Assembly (NCBI GenBank): GCA_951406725.2
Contig: OX597819.1
Coordinates: 77,438,001-77,502,000 of the forward strand
Length of the DNA stretch: 64,000 nt
Source: Octopus vulgaris
Taxonomy: Eukaryota
Direction of reading: 5' to 3'
In this document: one piece after another, positions 54,290 to 64,000 of the stretch
Layout of the letters: each line of letters opens with the position of its first letter
Numbering within the stretch: position 1 is the first letter of the stretch
Position numbers and translations under genes: made by a program
Notes under the pieces: model-generated
Database searches by the model: none
Seen by the model: the letters and a program-made list of their open reading frames with translations, nothing else
What the model was told of the DNA's origin: nothing

Positions 54290-54545
54290 CCCGTGCAGCC
54301 AATCATCGCTTCTCGTATTTCCGCGGCTATTCTTGGCTTTTCACAACATTCCACTTCTCACACCGAGGCGCAGTAGGCCGTCGAGGTAGGCACTGAAAAC
54401 CATTCTGTAATCCGTCCAGCCACCCATATTAATCAGTCAAACGAAGTGTAACTGTAAAGCCGTACACATTTTCTCGAGATAGAGTAACGCACGCCAGGCG
54501 TAGCCGTCAGAGACCGAATTATGGCTTTGTGGCTACATTGCGCCT
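54290..54545 (+). promoter_or_regulatory. Candidate promoter / first exon island (CCAAT box, CpG-rich, splice donor)
   Basis: gcagCCAATca at 54295-54305, locally dense CpGs, donor GAG|GTAGGC at 54385/54386. Confidence 0.4.
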
Positions 54546-55554
54546 CTATCACTCTGGCCCTTTGAGCAACTCCAGTCCATGTGCATTTACACTGCCTATT
54601 CTGAAGGAGAGAGTGGGAAGATGTTCTGTCCCTCTGGTTAGATGTAGATGTTTCCACAAGCAGTTCTTTATAACGTATGTTGCTGGTGTTCCCTCTAAAG
54701 TCTCCTATTCCGTTGGGATATTTATTTTTTTATTACGTTATATATGTTTTATGCTATTTCGATGATTTTATGTATATTGATGTGTTGTTTATTGGTGTGG
54801 TGAAATCGCTCTGTATAGTTCGTGTATTATTGTAGTAAAGTTTATAATGTTTCTTTGCTGTTGTTTTTAGTTTGCGAGTATGATGGGGGTTTACTGATCT
54901 TTGTGATATTGGTTGTGTCTGTAGTAATGGTGGTTGTGATGGTGGTGATGAGGCTGGTGGTATTGGTATTGTTGTTGAAGACAGTGTTGGTGTGTTGTTG
55001 TTTGGAGATTTTCTTCTAGCAGATTGAACCTCCCAATTTTTTCTGTTTTTTTCTTGATCATTGCTTATTATCATTTAATTTCTTCTCAGTCACCTTCACC
55101 ACACGATGTGTCTGAGTGATTCCGGGTGGGAGAGGAGGTCATTATTTTGAAGGTCATTATTTTGTTCTGATGTTATTGTTTGGAGACTTCAGTTGATATT
55201 GTCGGTGATGTGGTGATTCTTGGAAGCAGTCATTTTGTTGTTTGATAGCATCGTGGTTGGTGCAGTTTCATCAGGGTCCTTACCCTCTGCCGTTTCAAAG
55301 CAAAACGGAAGGAATCAACAAACTAAATGAATAGTGATTTGTGGGAGGTATGGGTGCCACTATTATTAATTGTAGGGATCTTGACCTAGGGTTCACCTCT
55401 ACTAAATGTGGTAGGTGAAGCAAAACATGGTCCTTAACATAGGCCAGGATTGGATTGACTGATTAATATTAAAAGTTTACTATTCCACTCATTTCAAAGA
55501 GGATATTCCTAGTGTAGAGGTTTTCTATTACGCTTGATTTATTGCTCGGTTCTG

Positions 55555-56257
55555 TGTGTTCGTGTGTGTATGCGTAGAGTGTGGGTGTGTGGCGTAACCC
55601 TAGTACGTGTGTGCTTGTACGTGCGTGTGTGTGTGTAGGGGGATGTATATGTGGGTTCATTTGTGTGAGAGTGTATGTATGTGCGTGTATGTGTGCGTTT
55701 GTATGTGTTTGTGTGTATGTGTGCGTGCGCGGATGGGTGTATATTGTGTATGTATATCTGTCGGTGTGTATGTGAGTTTGTACGCGTGTATGAGTGTATA
55801 GTATATATATATATGTAAATGTGTGTGTGTACGTGCGTGCGAGTGAATGTATGTATATATGTGTGCGTGTGTGTACAATGTAGGGGCTTATATGTGTGTT
55901 TATGTGTGTGTATGTGTGTGTATGTATGTATGTATATATATGCGTGTGTGTATGTATGTATGTGTGTGTATGTGTGTATGCATGCGTGTGTGTATGCATG
56001 TATGTGTGTGTGTATGTATGTATGTGTGTGTATGTATGTATGTACGTACGTATGTATGTATGTGTGTGTGTATGTATGTATGTACGTATGTGTGTATGTA
56101 TGTATTTTTGCATGCGTGTATGTGCGTGTGTGTACATATGTATGTTTATGTATGTATTTTTGTATGTAGTGTATGTATGTGTGTGTATGTATGTATGTGT
56201 GCATGCGTGTATGTGTGCATGTGTGTGTGTTTGTATGTATATATATGTGTGTGTATG

Positions 56258-56290
<33 letters not shown>
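55555..56290. repeat. Degenerate (TG)n/(TATG)n microsatellite field
   Basis: Directly visible. Confidence 0.95.
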
Positions 56291-56293
<3 letters not shown>

Positions 56294-56606
56294 ACAGTTT
56301 TCCATCTACCAAGTTCACTGATAAGGTATTGGTCAGCCCAGAGCAATAGAAGACTTCCCCAAAGTACTGCTCAGTGGAATTGAACCTGAAACCCTGTGGT
56401 TGAAAAGTGCTTCTTAACAACACACCCATGTCTGATCTATACTAGTTGACTACTTTTCCATGACCATGACTTACAATTTCCTACCAAAGAGAAGCCTTCA
56501 GATAGTGTTGGCTTTTAACAGTTTTAGTAGATATTTATTCGATATGTTTATACTTTATTCATAACTACTAATAGAATATTATCTGTGATAATATTATATA
56601 AATGTG

Positions 56607-56638
<32 letters not shown>

Positions 56639-57171
56639 CGATGACTACTTCATTTTATCAGATGACAGCCGTCTCGTATTCAGCTTCATTGTTCTGATGT
56701 ACTTTCAGCATTGCAGGTGCGTGGATATATCCATTGCCGAAGTACTTTGTAAAATACAAGACGTACCAAGAAATGAAATGATAGTGAAGCATCTGTACAT
56801 CACTGGATTTAAGTGACAAAAGCTTGTACAACACTTTTGCCACTTTTGTCATTCTCTTGGTCGCTGTATTCGGTTCCAGTGACAAGCATTGCAAGAAGAC
56901 TGGTACTATCTTGACTGCACATATTATGTCAGAAGGGCTGCCTTCCTTACAGATTTGTCGAAAATAGCAAGAGCTTCTTCTACGCCTGAGAAATCTATTT
57001 AACCCATAGATGGGACACTTATAGGTACTACCATTCCGGCTCAGAATAAATTAGAGTAATGGTAATTAAGGGATGATTCCACATTCCCCACAACACTGGA
57101 ACTCCCAAACTAAACTCTCACTACCAAATGCAGTCTAATGTCATACCTACGACAGATGCATACCATCATCC

Positions 57172-57490
57172 TTATCATCATCATCATTCCCTTCTGGCAT
57201 GAGTTAGACGGTTTGCCTGGAGCTGGTGAGCTGGAGAGTTACACCAGGCTCTATTCTGTTTTGGCTTGATTTCTATGGCTAGATGTCCTTCCTAATGCCA
57301 CCACCCCTTTCACAGAGTGAGCTGGGTGTCTTTTAAATATCACTGACTTAGGTAGATTTTACGTGTCCCCAACACCGGTGCCTTTTACCAGCACTAGCCA
57401 TGACCACAGTTTCACTTTGACATGTCCTCTCAAGCATAGTAAGTCGTGGTCTCACTCGTCATCCCATCTGTGAGACTCAACAACAAAAAA
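57172..57490 (-). mobile_element. RTE-type LINE 3' end, diverged
   Basis: (CAT)n tail then ctggcatgagttagacggttt..ccttcctaatgcca; same family as 58495-58650 (-), 63080-63282 (+) and 63320-63495 (-). Confidence 0.7.
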
Positions 57491-57956
57491 TCATATCACA
57501 TCATGTCCCTGCTCCTGCACACAGCGATTGACATCCAAAACTGCATCGAGAAATGACCCACTAGACTGATTGGCATAGTCACTCTGAAATATACTCCAGT
57601 CTCTGGCTTCCTCTCTCCACTTTTTTATACCACTATTATAAAGGACTCTGCATCTCAGAAAATCTCTCTCATTCTACTTGCTTCCTCTTCTCTCAAAATC
57701 TCCCTTGTTGTTTCCAACATGCCAGGCCTTGCATGAATCACTACATCTAATCTTTCTTTCCCAAAATATGTCCATACATACACATGTGTATGTATGGACA
57801 TGTGCACTTATGCGATTACTATGTACATATTTACTCCCTTACCTTTACTCCCTCCCCTTACTTAGTGGTCATTCTAATAGCTCTTTTGTCTTAATAACGG
57901 TCAATCACACAGTAATTTCCCTTCGTTTAACGGCCATTTTCATAGCATTTTTTGAT

Positions 57957-58030
57957 GGCCCAATAACTGAAGAGATGCTGGCGTGGGTTTCCACCCCGAC
58001 ATCCGAAACTCGGAGTTTTATCATGGCTAC
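57957..58030 (+). ncRNA. Hammerhead ribozyme-like motif with extended stem II
   Basis: AUAA-CUGAAGA-GAUG...CAUC-C-GAAA-CUC-G-GAG-UU-UUAU. Confidence 0.5.
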
Positions 58031-58136
58031 TGAATAATTGTCACATATATTTACAGATAAATTCGTCTATTTACATATCAAGGTCTTTTCATTCTTTTGT
58101 TGTCTTACCATTTCTATCAATATGTGTGTGTGTGTG

Positions 58137-58478
58137 TATTCTTTTATTTGTTCGACTGCAGCCATGCTGGAGCACTGCCTTTAGTCAAACAAATCGACCC
58201 AAAGGACTTATTCTTTGTAAGGCTAGTACTTATTCTATTGGTCTCTTTTGCCAAACCGCTAAGTCAGGGAGATGTAAACACACCAACATCGGTCGTCAAG
58301 CAATGGTGGAGGACACAAAGACACACACACATAAACATATATACGACAGGCTTCTTTCTGATGCCGTCTACCAAAAGAACTCACAAGGCTTTGGTCTGCC
58401 CAAGACTGGTGCTGCACAGTGGGACTGAACCTAGAAGCATATGGTTGGGGAGTAACCTTCTTACCATAGAGTCATGCT
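58137..58478 (-). mobile_element. SINE family A
   Basis: Reverse complement of family consensus. Confidence 0.85.
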
Positions 58479-59132
58479 TACGAATGTATATACATCATCG
58501 TCATCATCCTCTAATGTCCGTTTTCCATGCTGGCATGGGTTGGACAGTTTGAACAGAGTTGTCATGCTAGAGAGCTGCACCAAGCTTCAATCTGATTTGG
58601 CTAGGTTTCTATGGCTGTATGCCCTTCCTAATGCCAACCACTTTACAGTATGTGCTATTATATATATATATGTATATATAATATCAAACCAAAAAGCATT
58701 TTGTCAATGCCTCTTAACTTAGTAATACAAAGCACTCAGCTGGAAGTTGAGAGGTACAAGCTTTCGTTCTTGGTAGAGGCTTACTGGCCACTTTCTCGTC
58801 TTCTAAAGGGTATTTATCCAATTTTCAAAGCTATCTTCACAGCTATCCTGAGTTTAAGGATTCTTTTGTTTCCTGTAGAATATACGTATGTATGCTTTTT
58901 TTTTATCTTTCATTTGTTTCAGTCACTGGAGTGTGGCCATGCTGGGGCACCGCCTAGATCGGTTTAGTCAAACAAATCAACCCCAATACTTTTTTTTTTA
59001 TCAAAGCCTGGTACTTATTCTGTTTGTTATATTTGCTGAACTGCTAAGTTAGAGGAACATACACAAACCAACACCTACTGTCAAGCAATGATGGGGAAAA
59101 CACAAATTCAAAAGCACACATAGCTATATATA

Positions 59133-60755
59133 CAGTTGCGGCCAAAATGTTCAGAATGGCATTGTTTTCGCCAGAAAAGTAGGTATAAGTTTTTATCAAA
59201 GTTGTTTTATGTTCTATAATTTTCACAGACAATAAATACGGTATTAATTGTTACTGTCTGAGATTTTGGTGTAATTTGAGAGGATAATACAAAAGTTATG
59301 GATGATTTAGTGATTTACTGCAAAACCCATGGCGGCCAAAATAATCAGAACGGTTGAAAAAATAACAAAATAATCAAAAATGACAGAGAATACTGGAATT
59401 ATTTAATATTTAGTGTGAAGCCCTTTAGCTTCAATCACACTTTGACATCTTCGACTGCATGAGGAAATTAAATTTTCAATTTCTTGCTAGGTGGTCTTAT
59501 TCCATTCTTCCTGAAGGGCATTCCATAATTGCTCGGTTGTTTTAGGATTTCTGGCTTTCGAACGTTCTCCTAGAATATTCCACACATTATCAATAGGATT
59601 GAGATCTGGGCTTTGAGCAGGCCAATCCATAATAATAACCTTTTCAGCCTTGAGGAAGTTCATGACCACCTTAGCCTTGTGACATGGGGCATTGTCCTGC
59701 ATGAATATGGGTGGTCGCTTAGTTGAATTTCTCAGCACAGGCAAGACATGATCTTTTACAAGTTGTTTATAAACTCCTGCATTTAACTTTCCCTGTAATC
59801 GCACCAAAGAGCCCACACCATCTCCAGATATCATCCCCCAAACCATGACACTTCCTCCACTGAATTTAACACTAGTCTTAAGGCATTTAGGCGACAATTT
59901 TTCACCTACTTTTCAAAGAACGTACATTTTCCCATCTGAGCTAAATAACATAAACTTAGATTCATCACTGAAATGCACCGTTTGCCATTTTTCTCGAGAC
60001 CACAACACATGTTCGGTCGCAAAGGTAAGATGACACTTTTTATTTTTGGAGCTGATCAGTGGCTTCACTGCAGGTGCTCTTGCTTGTAGGTCATGTTCAA
60101 CTAAACGACGAGACACAGTTTTTCGAGATAAAGTTTTCTTCAGTACAATGCTCATTTCCCGAGAAACAGCAGCAGCAGCAGTTTTAAATCTGTCCTTTTT
60201 AACCAACTTTACCATAGCACGATCTTCTCTCTTGGTTGTTTTTCTTGGCCTACCTGTAGACTTTCTTGCTTCACACGAACCACAATCATCGAAGACCTTA
60301 AGAATACATTGAACAACACTTTTTGACTTGTTAACAATCTTTGCAATAGACCCAATACTTAAATTATCCTTCTTTCGAAGCTTAATAATCTGCTGACGAA
60401 TTGGTAACGGAGTAAGTGGCATTATAATAACAAAGTACACTGCAGATATTCTTACTAATGTTTAGTAAACGAACCATCACATAAACAAATTCAAAACATT
60501 AGAGTTCGCCGGTTAAATATACTAAAACACGGAGTAAAAGCAATCATTCTGGCCGCCATGGGTTTTGCAGTGAATCACTAAATCATCCATAACTTTTGTA
60601 TTATCCTCTCAAATTACACTAAAATCTCAGACAATAACAATTAATATTGTATTTATTGTCTGTGAAAATTATAGAATATAAAACAACTTTGATAAAATTT
60701 TATAACTACTTTTCTGGCGAAAACAAAGCCGTTCTGAACATTTTGGCCGCAACTG
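59133..60755 (-). mobile_element. Near-full-length Tc1 transposon (1623 bp) with ~210 bp TIRs and TA target duplication
   Basis: TA-cagttgcggccaaaatg ... cattttggccgcaactg-TA; inserted into the (TA)n of a SINE A copy (58900-59130 and 60756-60822). Confidence 0.96.
59403..60423 (-). pseudogene. Tc1 transposase pseudogene
   Basis: GRPRKTT, VHFSDESKF, QDNAPCH and WPAQSPDLNPID motifs; frameshift near 59910, premature TAG at 59489-59487, natural end AKGLHTKY*. Confidence 0.93.
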
Positions 60756-61031
60756 TATATATATACATATATACAATGGGCTTCTTTCAGTTTTTGTCTC
60801 CCAAATCCACTCACATAGTCAGCCTAGAGCTAGTCTTTGTGATCACTTTGACACTTGACATATAAAACACAGTGCACCTGTTCAAGCAATGTTTATTTGA
60901 TGGAGGGAGTTAGCTAGCGTACAGTATGTAATTTGATCACTATAAACAAATCATTCAAGAAGGTTACTCAGCAAAAGCTGAACACTCATACATCTTCTTC
61001 AACAGAAGAGTCCATCATATATATATATATG

Positions 61032-61896
61032 GATCTCTATTGCAAGCAGACCTGGACACAATGCAGCAGTGGATCATGGACTGGCAACTCAAGCTGGCTG
61101 TGGACAAATGTACCACCATGCATTTTGGGAGGAGAAACCCAGCGTCCACCTACTCCCTCCACAACACTAGTCTCAAAAAGTCTTCATGTGAACGTGACCT
61201 GGGTGTTATTGTCGACAGTGATTTGCGTTGGACAAAACACATCGCTAAAATTGTCAAGAAGGCTGAGGGTGTCTTGGCATCACTCACCAAATCCTTTGTG
61301 AGCCACTCACCGGCTATCTGCGGCTTTATATAGCTATGGTAAGACCTCACCTGGAATTTGCATCACCGGTCTGGAACCCCTATCTTGCCCAGGATATCAA
61401 TCGTCTGGAAGCTGTTCGGCGACGTGCAACCAAAAGAATACCCTCCATCAGGCATTTGCCATATCCTGAACGCCTTACTTCCCTGGGCATGGACACATTG
61501 AAACTCCGACGTCTGGCAGCTGACTTGGCAGACACCCATAAAATTATCAACCATCGTACAAACAATAACTCTGAGCACCTTTTCAAACTCCACCCATCTA
61601 ACACCCGTGGACATATTTACAAAGTAAGAAAACAGCACAGCTCCCATGACTTCAGGAAACATTTTTTCACGCTGAGAGTTGTTAGTTGTCGGAGCACTGC
61701 ATCCTTCAAAACTTCCATGCTTCCTGAGATTCACCCACACTACACTTGATTTTCTCCCCTCCATACACACACAAGCATGTAACTGACTCATACATTGTTC
61801 GCTTTCCAGACATTTCTGCATGTACTTTATATGCACTTTCTGACAAGTTGTGGTGCACCTGAGCACTATATACAATAATTTCATTATTATTATTAT
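61032..61896 (+). mobile_element. 5'-truncated CR1-clade LINE (RT C-terminus, 3' UTR, (TTA)n tail)
   Basis: LQADLD..WQLKLAVDKC..ERDLGVIVD..VRPHLEFASPVWNP..RLEAVRRRATK..TRGH; frameshift near 61320. Confidence 0.92.
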
Positions 61897-61898
61897 AC

Positions 61899-62298
61899 AC
61901 TTTTACTTGTTTCAGTCATTTGTCTGCAGTCATGCTGGAACACCACCTTTAGTCAAGCAAATCGACCCCAGGACTTATTCTTTGTAAACCTAGTACTTAT
62001 TCTATCGGTCTCTTTTGCCGAACTGCTAAGTAACAGGGACATAAACACACAAGCATCATTTGTCAAGCCATGTTGGGAGGACAAACACAGACACACAAAC
62101 ATATACACACACATACATATATATATATACCTACAACGGGCTTCTTTCAGTTTCCATCTATCAAATCCCTTCACAAGGCTTTGGTCGGCCCAAGGCTCTA
62201 GTAGAAGACACTTTCCCAAGGTGCCACACAGTGGGTCTGAACCCAGAACCATGTGGTTGGTAAGCAAGCTACTTACCACACAGCCACTCCTGCGCCTA
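61899..62298 (-). mobile_element. SINE family A, full length
   Basis: Reverse complement of 52711-53135 with several CpG transitions. Confidence 0.9.
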
Positions 62299-62419
62299 TT
62301 ATGTATATGAGAAAGGAGAGTGAGAAACAGAGAGTAGTGTAGTAAAGTATTCTTTGCTCTTCAGATAGCTACCTGATAAATCTTGGATAGTTTAAATAAT
62401 CTATATTTTAGGCAAAATA

Positions 62420-62985
62420 TTGGGTTGTCCAGAAAGTTCGTGCCAATTTATAGTAGCTTACCTTTCGACTTATTTTAGGACATGGTTGACTCCATAAAAT
62501 AGGATTTGACTACACCTCCATTTAGAGCACAGTTTAAGCTATCTTTTCATGGAAGAAGGTTTATGTTCCTATAACCTGTGTTAATTCTGTAGCCCTTTAA
62601 AATGGAAGATAAGAAAGTTCATTTTTGGCACTTGATGTTTTGGGAACCAGACAAAAATTACTGCAGCTCGGCTGGGATGTGTTACCCCATCTTCCATATT
62701 CACCAGATATTACTCCTTCGGATTTCCACTTATTCAGGTCTCTGCAGAATAGTCTTAATGGTAAAAATTTCAATTCCTTTGATGACATAAAAAGATACCT
62801 TGATGAATTCTTTGCCATAAAACCACCTCAATTCTGGGAAGAGGGTATTTTCAAGTTAAAGGAAAGATGGAAACACATTGTGCAACAAAATGGTTCATAT
62901 TTGGTTGATTAAAAATGTAATGGCAAGTATTTATTGACCTTTTTCTTTCCTTTAAAAATCAGCACGAATTTTCTGGGCAACCCAA
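62420..62985 (+). mobile_element. Internally deleted mariner element
   Basis: TA-ttgggttgtccagaaagttcgtgc ... gcacgaattttctgggcaacccaa-TA; start MEDKKVHF fused to C-terminus LGWDVLPHLPYSPDITPSDFHLFRSLQN. Confidence 0.93.
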
Positions 62986-63079
62986 TATTAACTTTTCTGA
63001 TGCAAATTTTGATTTTATGCACAAAGAGTTGCAAAATATTTACTTTCATAGGAACATTGAATAAAACAAATTTAGAAAC

Positions 63080-63282
63080 CACTGGTGCACTGCCAGCATG
63101 GTGTCATGTAAAAGCACCAAGTACACTCAGTGGTTGGCATTAGAAAGGGCATCCAGCTGTAGAAACCATGCCAAGTCAGCCTGGAATCTGGTGCAGCTAC
63201 CCAGCCCACCACCTCTGGTCAAACTGTCCAACCCATGTCACCATGGACAAGACATTAAATGATGATGATGGCGATAATGATC
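63080..63282 (+). mobile_element. RTE-related 3' end with (GAT)n tail
   Basis: ggttggcattagaaagggcatccagctgtagaaacc..aacccatg..attaaatgatgatgat. Confidence 0.7.
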
Positions 63283-63536
63283 TGAATAGTCAAAAAAAAT
63301 TTTCTAGTGAAAATGAGGTGTCATCATCATTTTACATCCACTTTCCATGATTTGAGAGCAGGATGGACAGGCTGTCATGCTTGGAGTTGTTATCAAGGGC
63401 CACTGCCCCACTGATACATTTTTGGCTTGGTTTCTACAGTTGGGTACCCTTCTTATCACCATCTGTATTACAGAATGCATTGTGGAACCAGCACTAGAAA
63501 TATGTCATGTTGCCATGTTCTCAACAAGACATTTAA

Positions 63537-63709
63537 CCCTTTAGCATTCAGATTATTGTCAAATGTATTGTTTATTTATTCACATTGTTTTGAATTGATT
63601 ATGCATTATCTCACAGCTTTGAATTTTCAATGATGTATCTGTTTATCTTTGAACGATATTGCAGGACAGGTGTGAGAGGCCAGATCTGGCCAGTTTAAAT
63701 GCTAAATGG
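63537..63709. mobile_element. piggyBac-type MITE
   Basis: TTAA-ccctttagcatt ... aatgctaaatgg-TTAA. Confidence 0.8.
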
Positions 63710-64000
63710 TTAAGGCCTCTCAATTCTACACTTCATCTGCTCATTCACTGACCACTTCAGGGTGTACAAGTAGCATGAGGGATTGCCTTGCACACTGTAA
63801 GAATAAGAGGATATTCACTATTCTAAAACATGTACTACTGCTCAAATCAGTGAGATAAAGATGAATATGAGAAAAAAATGAGGATAGATGGGTGAAAGGA
63901 GCAAAAGTATGATGATAGAAACAGAAATGAGTAGGGTGAAGGTGAGAAAGTGGTAGATAATAATAGAGGAATACAATGATAAGGGAGATAGAGGACAGTA

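Noticed and set aside
54700-55270. Thr/Pro-rich minus-strand ORF
   Set aside because: Compositionally biased with no identifiable motif; possibly an old repeat but not assignable.

Overview
AT-rich, repeat-saturated animal genomic DNA. The SINE, Penelope and microsatellite repertoire looks like an octopus (coleoid cephalopod) genome; this is recognition from memory, not a database result. No complete host protein-coding gene is visible, and nearly all long ORFs in the track are translations of microsatellites. Interpretable content: (1) many tRNA-derived SINE copies from at least four families; (2) Tc1/mariner elements, including a near-full-length 1.6 kb Tc1 with ~210 bp TIRs (59133-60755), a double-headed mariner and several MITEs; (3) a Chapaev/CMC-like transposase relic, a Helentron/DINE-like element and a piggyBac MITE; (4) fragments of CR1, RTE, R4/Dong and Ty3/Gypsy retroelements; (5) Penelope-like termini carrying minimal hammerhead ribozyme motifs with covarying stems and a recurrent non-canonical CUGUUGA core. 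A few short unique islands have good splice signals, including a signal-peptide-like exon at 43827-43918. A CCAAT/CpG-rich island at ~54.3 kb precedes an apparent shift to CpG-depleted repeats, suggesting a promoter followed by a methylated gene body.
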